DNA from: Octopus sinensis
Lineage: Eukaryota
Length of the DNA: 64,000 nt
Direction: 5' to 3'
NCBI RefSeq assembly: GCF_006345805.1
Contig: NC_043009.1
Location: forward strand, 44,826,001-44,890,000
Under the pieces are notes generated by a model that was given only the letters and a program-made list of their open reading frames with translations, did not search any database and was not told the DNA's origin. Positions 25,161-38,650 of this stretch are shown piece by piece (within the stretch, counting starts at the first letter, position 1; each line of letters starts with the position of its first letter). Made by a program: the position numbers and the translations under genes.

Positions 25161-26317
25161 TATATATATAAAGGACAAAATTTAAATATATACAATAAAT
25201 AAACTGAAGTACTGAAAGATAAGTTGAAATAAGAAACCGAAAAAAAAAACGACAGAAAAAGAGAAATGGTGCCCCGCGGAAGTGATTTTCCATTGAGTAA
25301 ATCCCCCCAAAATAAAGAACTAAAACCAAGAAAATCTCCAATTAATCATTATACACTTTCTAAATGGTTCACAAATCCATTTTGTTTTATGTGAACAATT
25401 CATGTTGACAAATGAAAATGAAGACGGCATATATATATGTGTGTGTTATTTGTTTCAAAATTGGTTTATGTACTTTAAATGTTTGTAGTAAGATCACTTA
25501 TGAATCACCACCACCACAACACAAGCAAGGGAGAAGAATCGTAATATAAATGCAATGACGTTTGTCGATGATGACGAAAACAACCTTCTGTCTACATAGT
25601 TTTGTATGTATACACGATCAGGTCTATTTTTGTGCAAACGATTGCCATTAGTGTTTTGTTTTTTCCATTAGTTTTTATATTCATAAATAGGTCGACATTA
25701 TGGGCATGTACCACCTATGAATGACTAGAAATGAGTCTCCAAGTCGATTCCGATCGAGCAGACATTACAATCAAACATATATTTTATTTTTTCTATTGTT
25801 TTAAGCCCCAGTGTATCCAGAAGTACATTACTTAATGTGTCATTTTACTTTACTTTTAAAACGATGAGTGTGTGGCTTATAAAATACTTGACTGCTATTT
25901 CTAGCATATAGATTTACCACCTAAATGAGGCTCCATTCTCTGGCTTCCAGGTCAAACCCGATAGTGTACAACTAGGATCAAAGGGGTTCCTGTCCTGACC
26001 GATGTTCCCATATGTTTTCAAACAATGCATCAGAACTACATTCCAAATTGTCTTTCTGAAAGGGTAAGAATGCTATTTAAGGACTATTTCATTACTATTT
26101 CTAGCAGACTGTGTGAACACGAAGAGGTTCAGGTGTATGTAGTTGTCTAATCTTTACAGATGGACTTACCTTCCTCCTATGGCAGCACCTCGTCGTCAAA
26201 AATAGAACAGAATAGAATAGAAAGTCTACTCTTAGTGAACGATTTATTTAGTAAATTTCTCCCAATATCTGACTTTTTACAAACGACATTGCCAGAAATC
26301 AATAATGCAAGAGATCG

Positions 26318-26617
26318 AGAGAAAAGAAGAGGGAGGAGATAGAGACAGACAGATAGAGAGTGAAGAGAAATGGATAGACATATAGACATACAAGAGATAA
26401 ATAGACAAACAAATAAATAGGTACAGAGAGAGAGAGAGAAAGAGCTAAATAGACAGATAGAGAGAGAGAGAGAGAGGCAGACATAGACATGCAGATAGAT
26501 AGATAGATAGAGAGATAGATAGAGAGATAGAGAGAGAGAGAGAGGACAGACAGATAGATAGAGAGAGAGAGAGGCAGACATAGACATGCAGATAGATAGA
26601 TATATAGAGAGAGAGGG

Positions 26618-26660
<43 letters not shown>
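26318..26660. repeat. (GATA)n/(GA)n compound microsatellite with an internal duplication
   Basis: Direct reading; gagaggcagacatagacatgcagatagatagata is repeated. Confidence 0.9.
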
Positions 26661-27691
26661 CATTTACCTGAATGTGAGTGCTTTGGTGCTTATGTAGGTG
26701 AGTACGCGTGAGTGTGTGTGTGTATATATATATGTATATACACTATTACACTACACACGAATGATCAATATACCAATATCGTATGGGTAGAAAAAGATCC
26801 GTTTGGAATAAAAAATATGTCCTTGAATGTTCAAAATTTGTGATTTCTTTGTATAATGAAGGATGAAGGAAAATAAACAGTCCGAGGAATTTTGACAAAC
26901 GTTTGCTGCTGTAAGCCAGCAAATGAATTTATATATTTATATAAATATAAAATATGAAATCTACTACATATGCATTAATGAGGGTTGATCGTTAATTAAA
27001 CAGTGAAGACCAATGTAATATGATTGTAAAATATCCAGTGAATTTAAAGCTTGACACTCCTTTTTTTTTTTTTGGTTTTATTATGGATTTCTGTATCTAA
27101 GGTTTTTTAGTTTATTAAAGAAAACGGCTGCTAGCCACCATTTGTAGTAGTAGACATAACGGCAACTTTAATGAATATGAGAGAAAACCAGTGGAAGAGC
27201 GCAGCATATAAAGAAGCAATGCACAATGGGAGGTGTGGTCCGAGGTTAGATAACAGAGTAGTGGGAGTGAGTACGACACAGCAGGGGAGTAAAGAGTGAA
27301 AAGGAAGGGGAGAGAGTGGAAAGCGAGAAAGAAAGGAAGCAAAATAAGAGGAGGAATATATATGTGTATCTGTGTATATATAAATAGTGAGAGAGAGAGA
27401 TAGAAAGAAAGAGTGAGAGAGAGAAAGAGAGTGCTGGGGGGAGAATAGTGGCTTACAAAGCATATATTGTGTAATAGGAGTAATACGGGAGAGGGAGGTG
27501 AGTGTATCCGCAACGAAGGGAAGGTGAAAGAAAAAGGAGTGGCTGTGAGAGTATAGTAAACAAGTGAGAGAGCTGTAGAGAAGGGAGTAAAGATCAATAG
27601 GATGTGTGCGTGTGTGTGTGTAGAAATGCGCCTATCTCTCACCGTTTGACAAACCGTTGTTGCTTTGTTCATGTCTGTAACTTAGGCGATG

Positions 27692-27729
<38 letters not shown>

Positions 27730-27895
27730 ATAAATATTAGGGAATATATCCAAATTTACAGGGAAAAAAAATCAGATTTAGGATTAAATCCAATTTTATA
27801 GTAAAATATTATAAAATATTATTTGAGACTAAATTTTATGTATTGATTAAGTCTTTCCTTGTTTGTTTTGCAAAATAGTGGTTTTGTCTCAAATA

Positions 27896-27944
<49 letters not shown>

Positions 27945-28642
27945 CAGACTTTAAAAATAAGCACTGGGTCGAATTTGAAGGTGGTGCCCCCAGCATGGCC
28001 GCAGACCCATGACTGAAACCAACCAGAGTAACATGTATGTATGTATGCATGCATGTGTGTGTGTGTGTAGGTAGGTAGAGTGAGAGAGAGAGATAGGTAG
28101 GTGCGAGGTCGAGATTAGTATTAATGGGTCGAGAGAATGAAAAATGAAATATTTAAAAGGCGAAAAGGAAGCCGTGCCGTCTTAGGGCAGGGGCACACTG
28201 GGCAATTACCTGAGGGCCTCATGACCCAGGGGCCCGGTTCTAATCTCTATATATACTACGGCTTGCTGTCAATAAATATTACAGGCCCCAGTGCATTGAT
28301 TAGCCTGGTGGCCTATAATGTTTCTGGGGCAACATCTGGGGCGGCGGAGTACAAGACATGATATAAGTCAGTTAGGGACCAGGAATTAGATGAAAAGGGT
28401 CAAGTTCAATAGTTAGTAAATAACACCATAATTTAAATAATCATTTCTTTTATTTGTCATTGGGGCGACTTATTATAATCCTTTCTACTAAAGGCACAGG
28501 CCTGGAATTTGGGGAGAGGGGACTAGTCGATTACATTGACCCCAGTGTTTCACTGGTACTTAATCGACTCCGAAAGAAAAGATAGACATAATGCCTCTAA
28601 GCATTTTGCCCGGTGTGCTAACGATTCAGCCAACTCACTGCC

Positions 28643-28682
<40 letters not shown>

Positions 28683-28686
28683 TAAT

Positions 28687-29010
28687 ATGGGAATGATAGC
28701 AAAAGGGGCTGATTGCTACCTAACTCAAATACCAGGAAACCCAAAAATGGCAGAAATTCAAAAGATAGTGCTCATGGGAACTGCTCATATCCTACGCAAA
28801 ATACTTTCTATGTAATCTCAAGGTTTAAAACAAACATTTTTTTTTTTTTTTTTACTTTTTAAACATCCACTAGTACAACACAAAAAACAACCAAATATAG
28901 GGCACACTAGGCATAACAACAACGTGAACTTCCAACCTGTTGTCTCTTGAGGTCTCTGGGTGAGACTTGGAGCCAACTTGTACTAATATAAAGCAAAAGT
29001 CAAACATATA
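28687..29010 (+). mobile_element. 5'-truncated R4/Dong-like non-LTR retrotransposon 3' end in an (AAT)n array
   Basis: Translates GMIAKGADCYLTQIPGNPKMAEIQKIVLMGTAHILRKILSM* (stop at 28813-28815), resembling the QK..L.GTA.ILR..L C-terminus of RLE-clade ORFs; (TAA)n directly on both sides. Confidence 0.65.
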
Positions 29011-29039
29011 ATAATAACAACAACAACAACAACAACAAT

Positions 29040-29960
29040 CCTTTCTACTATAGGCACAAGGCCTGAAATTTTAGGGTAGGGGGAAAGTCGATCACATCGA
29101 CCGCACTATTTGACTGGTACTTAATTTATCGATCCCGAAAGGATGAAAGGCAAAGTCGACCTCGGCGGAATTTGAACTCAGAACGTGCAGGCGGACGAAA
29201 TGCCGCTAAGCATTTTGCCTGGCGTGCTTAACGATTCTGCCAGCTCGCCGCCAAAATGTTATAGTTAAAAGTTACAAAATAATATTGATTTCAAATTTTG
29301 GCACGAGGCCAGCAATTTCGGGATGAGAGGGTAAATCGATTACATCGATCCCAGTACTCAAGTGGTCTTTATTTTATCAACCCCCGAAGAAGATAAAAGG
29401 CAAAGTCGACCTTGGCGGAATTTGAACCCAGAAATAATAATAATATTAATGATAATGGTTTCAAATTTTGTCACAAGGGCAGCAATTTTGGGGAAGGAAT
29501 TGAGTCGATTACATCGACCCCAGTGTTCAACTGGTACTTATTTTATCGACCCCGAAAGGATAAAAGCAGTGGCGGACTGCCCAGGTTGCCACCTTGCCGA
29601 TGGCAAGTAGGCCCCTACGCCATTTGAATCCATATATGGGAGCCCATGTTAGTATCTAAGGGGCCCATCCCCTCAAGTTTCAGAATTTTTTATTCACTCC
29701 TGGAAGAATGCATTAATTTTTTTCAGTCTGGCTTTGTTTGTAGACAGTTGAAAAGGATACTTTTAACAAAAACAAAAACAAAATAAAAATGATTGCATTG
29801 TGGTTTCGGGTGGGCCCTCTTAGTCTCCTGGCAACCAATATTTTTAGACCCAGTCCGCCACTGGATAAAAGGCAAAGTCGACCTCGGTGGAATTTGCACT
29901 CAGAACGTAACGACTAAGCATTTCATCCAGAGTGCTAACAATTCTGCCAGCTCACTACCT
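29040..29960 (-). mobile_element. Cluster of family B SINE copies
   Basis: At least four partial or full minus-strand copies with intact gtcgac sites. Confidence 0.8.
29567..29863. mobile_element. 297-bp hAT-type MITE inserted in a family B SINE
   Basis: 13-bp perfect TIR CAGTGGCGGACTG; 8-bp TSD gataaaag at 29559-29566 and 29864-29871. Confidence 0.9.
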
Positions 29961-30829
29961 TAAATAATAATAAAGCGACAAGTCGCAATAAATAAAAAGG
30001 GCTTAAATGATAATTACTGGCTAAAATTTGAAAATGTATATTTGTTGAGTTCCGACGAGATTCGATAATTATCAGCTCTTAGTTGAAAAACACCTTAACG
30101 GTTTACATACAAACAGGTATAAAGAAATTACATAAGGTGAGTAAAGTAAGCTGATTATCGAGTGGAAATTTCCTTTGAATATTCGCTTCACGCCAAGTTT
30201 TAAGTTAGAAATAGATGAAGGTGTATGAAAATAAATTAAAAATAGAAACAGGGGAAATGTTATAGAAATAAATGAAAACTATAAAGGGTTTTAGGAAAAC
30301 AGTGATAGTACAAGTACACAATCCTTTATCTGGAAACCTTGGGAACAGTAGTGTTCTGACTTTCGAATTTTTCCGGATATCAGAACAAAAGCCAGTTGCC
30401 CCAGATTGTAAACTAGACATCAAATCAGACGTTCTGCTATAGTAACAAAAGCACATGTATACGTACTCACAATCAGTGTGGGAAATAATTACTTGTAGAG
30501 TAATATACTGGTGAATGAAACAGTGAGATAATTAAGATTACAAATAGCAAAATACATATAGTGGGATAATTTAAAACCAAAATACATGATCCACACGTAC
30601 AGGTATACACATTACCATACTATTGCTGCAGAGAGACGCATAGGTATTCGCACTAATTTGAATAAAGAACGACTATAAATGATATTACTGTTTATTCATA
30701 CGCTAGAGCCATAAATCAGTTCAAACTATGCTAAATATGTAGCTGCAGTTAGGTTGTAGAACAGGGTCCGTCAGTGTCACCAATGTTGTCATCAGCTTGC
30801 AGGCAAACCTCTGATGGTGGACTTAGGAC

Positions 30830-32513
30830 GGGATTCTCAAGTGATGAAGCAGCATTACGAGAGACGGCATTTTAAAAAAACTTCTTCAAGTGTCATCTGT
30901 CTCATTAGCATAGGTCTCTGTCTAAGCAATATATCTTTAATTGAATTAAACTCCCATAATCTGTTGTGCTCAGTGATAAATGCACGTTGCGCAAGGCCAG
31001 CTCAGCTATTAATTGATCACATATTTTCACCATATCGTCTACAGGAATTTTTTCACCTGTGTCCTCTGGAACATCATCACTACTGTCTTCATTCTTATCC
31101 GTAGTTAACACCATTTCAGCAATTTCCCCATCACTCAAGGAATGCAGAACAGGTACATCATTGTCAATGCTTAGCATTTCTTCGATGTCCGCTTCTTCTA
31201 GATCACTAACACTTCCGCACGATAAACTTTTAGCCTAAGTTACGAGTTTTGATATCATCTTCTCATTAGTGACACGAAATCCCCCAAACTAGTTATATAT
31301 ATATATAGGGTCGATTTCATCAAACATCGTTATTGACAAAATTATGTGCCAGGTATTTGTTACTGTTGATTTATCAACTTCATTCCAAGCATTCGCAACT
31401 GAGTAGATGGCATCCTAAACAGTGAACTCTTTCAGATAGTCATGCATTCTTGCTCCTTTGTTGAATGCATCAAGCACACAGCTCGTAAAATTATGTTTAT
31501 AGCTGTTCTTCATGAAGCGTAAAATTCCTTGGTCACAAGGCTGTAAAACAGATGTTACATTGGAAGGCAAGTAAATACCGAAAACATTACTTTTCACAAG
31601 AACTTCGACAGGGAGATGTGCCCAGCAGTTGTCCAGGAACAATAGAATTTTACAGTGTTCTTCCAGTCCAGCTTGCCAGCAATGAGCATATACCGCTGGT
31701 ACAAAGTGATTATTGAACCAGTCAGAAAATATTTCTCAGGTTACACATGCTTTTTTTGTTTGCGTACTTAATGCACAGGTAAATTAACTACGCTTTTCAG
31801 ACGTCTCGGACGTTGGCTTTTTCCAGTGATTGCTAACTTCACCTTGTGTGTACCTACAGCATTAACGCATCCAAGAATAGTTAACCTTTCGTTAGCATCC
31901 TTAAAACCTGCTAGTGCTGTCTCATCTGCCAGTACGAAGCTGTTTCATCAGCATAGTAAATTTGTTCAGGAGAAAGGTTTCCATCAGATGCGATCTTGGC
32001 AAATTCGTGTATGTAATTTTCAGCAGCTTCATAATCAGCAGAAACTTTTTCACCACAGATTTTCAAATATTTTACACTATGACGCTTCTTAAATATTTGC
32101 GGCCAACCTTCTGAATAATGATACTCTCCTTCAATGTTCAATTTTTATGATACATTCTAGCTTGTTTCATGAACAATAAACCATTCAGTGGCATGTGTTC
32201 CCTTTTTCGTTGTCGAATTCATTCTATCATCACAAAGTTAAGATCTTCATTTTTTGCCCTATGAAGTGTTTACATATTTTTTTTTTACTTTGTGATCATC
32301 ACACTCACTATATAACTACAGTAATTCGTCTTTGTTTCCTTAAGTCATACACATTGCTAGTTCTAACACTATATTCTTCAGCGAACCGTCGTACAGACAC
32401 ATCACGATCAAGTTTCTGAAGTAACTTTACTTTCTGCATTATTAATAATGATAAATGCTTTCTTTTCTTTTTCTCACTGTCATCCATCGGGGTATCTGCA
32501 GTTCTTTTACCAT
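30830..32513 (-). pseudogene. Tigger/Jerky-like DDE_1 transposase pseudogene
   Basis: N-terminal HTH (KRKHLSL..QKVKLLQKLDRDVSVRRFAEEY), CENP-B-type HTH (SEGW...FKKRHS), catalytic motifs ADET, LFLDNC and QPCDQGIL; many stops and frameshifts. Confidence 0.9.
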
Positions 32514-32689
32514 TTTCAGGGTAAATCATATACAAAGTCAAAAGAAACAACACGAAGACAGCAAACAGCAAGTGGACGTCTTTTCTCTACGAGTGCTGAG
32601 CCGCAACTGACGCTCGGTGGTAAGTGGCGGCCGACCTTGCCCAAGCATTACCATGTCATGCCTGAGTGAAACGGGTCACGGTGGTCAAC

Positions 32690-33124
32690 AGTGGAGGCGC
32701 AATGGCCCAGTGGTTAGGGCAGTGAACTCGCGGTCGGAGGATCGCGGTTTCGATTCCCAGACCGGGCGTTGTGTGCGTTTATTGAGCGAAAACACCTAAA
32801 GCTCCACAAGACTCCGGCAGTGAGTGGTGGCGACCCCTGTTGTACTCTTTCGCCCCAACTTTCAATCTTTCTGTTAAAAAAAAAAAAAAAAAAGGCAGTG
32901 AGCTGGCGGAAACGTTAGCACGCCGGGCGAAATGCGTAGCCGTATTTCGTCTGCCGCTACGTTCTGAGTTCAAATTCTGCCGAGGTCGACTTTGCCTTTC
33001 ATCCTTTCGGGGTCGATTAAGTAAGTACCAGTTACGCACTGGGGTCGATATAATCGACTTAATCCGTTTGTCTGTCCTTGTTTGTCCCCTCTATGTTTAG
33101 CCCCTTATGGGTAGTAAAGAAATA
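32690..33124 (+). mobile_element. Chimeric (dimeric) SINE nested in the Tigger 5' region
   Basis: tRNA-like head (TGGCCCAGTGG, GGTTTCGATTCCC), body, A18 tract, then a full family B SINE; a single 10-bp TSD ggtggtcaac at 32680-32689 and 33125-33134. Confidence 0.85.
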
Positions 33125-33404
33125 GGTGGTCAACTGTTTGCGCACCAAACGACCCCTGTTATGACGCGCTCCACCCTCCACACAAAAGTTCGGTTTTGGT
33201 GGGGCTTTCTGGACTTTAGATTTCCGGATAAAGGATTGTGTACCTGTAATTAAGTAAGACCCTAAAAAACTTATTGGTTGTCCTGAAATTTGTAGAAAAA
33301 ACTCAGCCCCACTCTGTCACGGTTGATTGATTTCATGAGGGTGAGAGTCTAGAAACAAAATCCCAACTGCCAAATGACATATCCTTTTGGATATATATAT
33401 CATC

Positions 33405-33570
33405 ATCATCATCATCATTTAGCGTCCGTTTTCCATGCTAGCATGGGTTGGACGGTTTAACTGGGGTCTGTGAAGCCGGAAGGCTTCATCAGGCCCAGTC
33501 AGATTTGGCAGTGTTTCTACGGCTGGATGCCCTTCCTAACGCCAACCACTCCGCGAGTGTAGTGGGTGGT
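33405..33570 (-). mobile_element. (ATG)n-tailed short retroposon / LINE 3' end (family C, probably RTE-associated)
   Basis: catcatcat-ttagcgtccgttttccatgctagcatggg...ggatgcccttcctaacgccaacc; relatives at ~4250-4460, 5720-5930, 36780-36900, 38580-38650, 39560-39740, 54930-55170, 55290-55400, 60250-60440, 61060-61230 and 63240-63390. The RTE link is inference. Confidence 0.7.
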
Positions 33571-34547
33571 TATATATATAACCAGCTAAAACGTCTGAGG
33601 TCAGCTGACAAAAACAAGCGTGTTTTGAGAGAGTTAAAGTAAAATGGAAAAGGAAATAGCATGGGAGTAGTTAACCGGAAAGGAAACGGATCAAAATAGT
33701 TCCGCTATTGATAGAATGAGTGCAAAGAACCAGGCGAGAGATGGATATGGTAATGGAAACGAGAGAGAAAAGGAGAGAGAGAGAGGAACAAGTATATCAA
33801 CAGAGTAGATGTATTTAAGAAGAAAGATACACGTGTCTAGGTAACCACGTGCACTTCTGAAAGGAAAAATGAGGAGGGTGAGCAATATGAAGAGTGTCTG
33901 CTGCAAGTCTCACAGCAGTGCTACTACTACAGAACTAGTTGTACTTCTATGTTGCCATGTTGTAAAACAACATTTAGCAATTATTTCTATATTTACTTAT
34001 TTATTTATTTTAACAGTTAAATACGTCCGTTCACCGTCCGCTACCTCATGTTTTGAGGGGTGGGATTTTTTTTTTTTTTTTTTTTCGTTTGTTTTCTCTT
34101 TTTGTCAAATTTTAATTCCCAGCTATGTACGGAATCTAAATCTTACCACAATATTCAGCAGAAATACTGTCATCAGTTCCAGTAATAGTTGTAACAGCAG
34201 CAATGTGTATCTGCACTAACTAACTAACTACTACTGCTACTACTACAACTAGTCTTTCAACAACATCAGCATAGCAGAATTTCTAAGAATCAATGATTAC
34301 ATTCCAGACTTTAGCAAGGCAATTATCATATTTGTATAACTAAACTAAAAACTAGGTTAATCTTCAAAGGAGGTTTAGAATACAAAACTGTGTACAGCTG
34401 GTGCACTCGAAACGTGCTAGCAACTCCACACACATCAGATATGTTCAACAGATACCACCAGACCATTTTGCATATCGATGACTTTCATAACAGTCATAGC
34501 TTTGAATGATTGAGCTCACCCAGAAAATGTATATATATATATATATA

Positions 34548-34826
34548 TCTTTATATATAAAAGTGAAGTTGTGTGCCTGTCTCCTACGATTTAGATTCCT
34601 AACTACTCCCACATTTTGCGGTGCAGTTTAACCAAACGCGGGTATCTTATAGTCGTGATTCATATCAAGCCCTTCTGGGTTTTAGCGTGCGTCTACGATG
34701 AGTCTACGATCATTTTTTCCCATTTTTAATGCATTTTTTGCTATTATATAAGGAAAGTAACTCTCTAAAAATGCTTATATAGTTATTTCCCTTACAAACC
34801 CGAGCAACGCCGGGCGATACTGCTAG
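34548..34826 (+). mobile_element. 279-bp non-autonomous Helitron in (TA)n
   Basis: 5' TC after A; 3' hairpin CCCG-AGCAACGC-CGGG (34799-34814) then CTAG followed by T; no TSD. Confidence 0.85.
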
Positions 34827-35677
34827 TATATATATATATATATATATATGTATTTCACAGTCACTGATATACTGCAGTTATTTAAAACAAGCTTACCATA
34901 GGTTAATGAGCAAATACCATCAAAATGAACCCAAGTTTTGTAAAAGGACATTTGTTAAATTATTTATGGTATATTTTGGTAAGAAATTAAGAAAATATTG
35001 AACCAAGTCACAGAAATATTCAGAAAATGCTTGAAAAAAATGTAGATTAATGATAAACTTCTGTATTGCGGGCAATGATAAAGAAATAAAGATATGATTA
35101 TTTTTAATATTAGACACAATGCCACAAACTGAGATGAAAGGGTACGTCTCTACCACTGACCCCAGTACTTAATTTTATTGCCCCTGAAATGACAAGAGGT
35201 AAAGATGATCTTGGCTGGATTTGAACTCAGGACATAATGAGCAGAAAGAAATACCTTAAAGCATTTTGCCTGATTATTTAATGAGTCTGCCAATCTACTA
35301 CTTTGGTTATAAATATATGAAAAAAGAGATGACAGTCCTTTGTCATCTCCTAGGGTCAGCTGACAACACTTTATCCCATATTTTCCTAAGTTTCCTTCTT
35401 TGACAGTTTCTACTTATTTGGAGCACTCAATACATCTTTATACAACTGGCCATTTCCAGTATCAGCCACCATAGTATTCCCTCTTTTACATTACATCTGA
35501 TTTCTCTTAGAGCCATTTTCGCCCTCAACCCACAAGGACTCTGTTATTCATGCACATTCTCATCACACAGCTAGTAGATCATGTTCACTTCATTTCTTTC
35601 TAGCCTTGTGAGTGTATATGGTAGATGGAAACTGAGTAGAAGCCTATCAGTGAATATATATATATATATATATATAT

Positions 35678-36122
35678 AGTAGTTGTATATTGTCAACTTA
35701 ATGTGACAGTCCCATGAAGGCAATCATACTACTGCTATTTAGCCCTAGGAATCAGCAACGCTTCCTGTTGGCCTTGACACATTTCCTGTGTCCTTATGTT
35801 TGCAAGGGGGAGATAAGCACCTCCACCCAGCTAAGCCTGCATCTAGAGACTAGTTTCTGAGTCTTTGCTCATCCTCAGTCTGGAGTAGCATGGCCCGCTA
35901 GTTGGAGATGCCCATCTAGCCTTTGCAAACATATAAGAATTCTAGTGAAATACATTCACTGATTACAAAAATAGAAATAATACCTTTCTAAATATCTCAG
36001 AGAGATTTATGCAGTAGTATGATTCCCTTCATGGGACTACCACATTAAGTTGACAATATACAACTACTTTATCGTACCACTACTGCATAAATCTCTCTGA
36101 GATATTTAGAAATGTATTATTT
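35678..36122. mobile_element. Penelope-type element with nested inverted repeats and a hammerhead ribozyme
   Basis: IR A 35678-35735 / 36011-36068; IR B 35974-36018 / 36079-36122; short IR tatgtttgcaa flanking the ribozyme-bearing core; (TA)n on both sides. Confidence 0.75.
35843..35883 (-). ncRNA. Minimal type I hammerhead ribozyme, intact core
   Basis: AGA-CUGAGGA-UGAG(CAAAGA)CUCA-GAAAC-UA-GUC-UCU: all conserved core nucleotides, stems I and II paired, palindromic stem III (ACUAGU), GUC cleavage triplet. Confidence 0.8.
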
Positions 36123-36124
36123 AT

Positions 36125-36292
36125 ATATATATAATTAAGGGTTAAGCAACAAGTTGCTTCACCACATACCGACTCCACATATATATGTGAAGTAATATCT
36201 GTAGTATAAAGGAATGAGCTGTCTTTGGCTGCTATTTCTAAATTTTCGGCATGTGGTGAAGCAACTTGTTGCTTAACCGTTAATTATATTCA
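36125..36292. mobile_element. Second foldback element adjacent to the ribozyme-bearing one
   Basis: taattaagggttaagcaacaagttgcttcaccacat / atgtggtgaagcaacttgttgcttaaccgttaatta inverted arms. Confidence 0.7.
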
Positions 36293-36378
36293 TATATAAA
36301 AAAAAAATTTTTGTAAAAGTTCCTACTACTTGGTAAAATTTATTAATTATTAAATTAATAATTCTTTACCCTTATAGT

Positions 36379-36411
<33 letters not shown>

Positions 36412-36688
36412 ACTTAGTGTAGAACTCAATATGCATATGCTTCAGAACGAAGCATTAGTTGATTACAGACTGGTAATAAGAAAATAAGATGACAAAGGAA
36501 TAAACAATTATCTTATGAACTTCATTAGCTTACAGCTGTTTCTGCTATAATTTGTTTCCCAAATAAACTGCACTTAATATTTGAGGCTCCAATAAAACTG
36601 TAAGGCATTACTCAAGCACTCAACTATAAGTCAACTAAATTTTATAAGCTAATGAAGTTCCTAATATCTTATGAATCATTCCTTTGTC

Positions 36689-36731
<43 letters not shown>

Positions 36732-38650
36732 GTATGTATATGTATATATATATGATGTACCCCCATATATATGTTGGGTAGGTGGTGTTAGGAAGAGCAT
36801 CCAGCCATAAAAACCTTGTCAATACAGACACAGAAGTCTGGTGCAGTCTTCTGCCTGGCCAGCTCCTGTCAAACCATCCAACCCATGATGATGATGTACC
36901 CCCATGCGTCATTGGTAACCCACTCCTTTATCACTACATCAACCCCTCAACCATATCCAATCTCTACAGTTGCCACCTACTCTTCCCTACCTCCTTTACT
37001 TATCCCTTAACACTTGTTTTTCACTCATTACATTCACCTCCCCATCCATTCCTCATCTGACACTCTCCAATACACTAATGCAGCCTCTACCCCATCCACA
37101 CACCTGGTTCTTTTTGCCCTTGCTCCCACTCATTTTGTACCTGGAGGTTCCACCCAAACAACTCATTACCACTACTTTTGTTTCTTTCCAGCTCCATTCT
37201 CATCACTTTTGCCATTTCTTGTATAATGTGAGTAACCATGCAGCTCCTCTACAGCAAGAAACCTGTTCTGCTCTGGCTTTTTCTGTCCTATTTTGGCTCC
37301 TCATTTTCTAGCACAGAGATGCTTCTCTCAGGGTTCGTTTACACACCTGTGGATTAGTGGACCAGCAGAAAAGATTGATAGAATTAGAATAAATATTGGG
37401 GTGGATTTGTTTGACTAACCCTACAAGGTGGTGCTCCAGTGTGGCCGTAGTTCAATAACCAAAACAAGTAAAACAGTATTCAAAGCCAACATCTCATTGC
37501 CATGCAATATCACTCTTTGTACACAAATATCACACAATCATTCCAGAACATTGAAATGGCATGAGTACATAGAAAACTTCCTAGAGAATGTTACTATAAC
37601 ACAAATACAATTATCTCCAGAGACATTTTAAAAGCTTTTAAATAATAAAACATTGGTGAGACATTAAAGTTGTCTGAAAATGTTTTAGCACTTTCATGGA
37701 GGGTTGGGAGAATAAAGAGGCAGAGAGCTAAAAATAGATGCAAAATCTGCAGAACTTTTAACCTATGCTAGCATGGAAAAATGAAAAAAAACAATTAGTA
37801 TTTAACAAATTCCTGCTGACTATAGTTTGACCAAATAAAAGCGAAGCTACTGGTTTACAAACTGTGAAGATGAAAGATATTTATAGTTCAACAAAGTAAA
37901 GAGAGGTTTGATTGATCTGTTTGTAATGTTTTGTTTCTGCAACAGAAATTGGTTTCTATGGCAATAATCACTGAAATTATAAGAATTATCAATCATTTTT
38001 GTATCACTTCAAAATACCATATTTGATGACATGTAAGATGCATTTGTCTCAAAAAGTAACCCCAGGTCCTATATGAGAAATTGAGCCTTCCATTAACATT
38101 GATACACAAAAAAACTTTTATTTCCTAACTATGCACTACTGAAATTTAGATGCGTCTAATATGCCCACACATCTTTTATGCCATTAAATATGGCACTTAA
38201 CTCTTTTGTGACTAATTTTAACGAGAAGGCTGCCCATATGTTTTAATTCATTTATAATCTAATCAGGATTTTGGAAGAATTTTAAAAAAACACCTCAAAT
38301 TTTATATTTTAGTTGGTGTTGAGCAACTAAATCTCATAATATCATCCCTGATATTAGATGACTTTAATCTAGGTTTTAATTTTAATTAGGTTTTTGAATT
38401 TCAGAATAATCACAGCCAGTCCTTACTTTTCCTTATACAGTGATTGATTGCAGAATGTGCATTGATCCATTAATAATCACAATCAGGAAGTTTATAGATC
38501 CTTCAAAAGTACAGAAAATGAACAACAAAAGAAATAAAAATAAAAAAAATTGAGGGCAGAAAAATGTTCTGAAATTCTGTTTGTTAAGCAGGATGCCCTT
38601 CCTAACACCAACCACTCCGTGAGTGTAGTGGGTGCTTTTTACGTGACACC

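Larger units (their letters stand above)
30311..33246 (-). mobile_element. Tigger/pogo (Tc1-mariner superfamily) DNA transposon, complete but decayed
   Basis: 26-bp TIRs CA(A/G)GTACACAATCCTTTATC(T/C)GGAAA at 30311-30336 and 33221-33246, each flanked by TA. Confidence 0.92.

Noticed and set aside
32690-32770. tRNA gene (also the SINE heads at 2087, 19197 and 39186)
   Set aside because: A/B boxes are present but there is no complete cloverleaf, and each continues into a SINE body.
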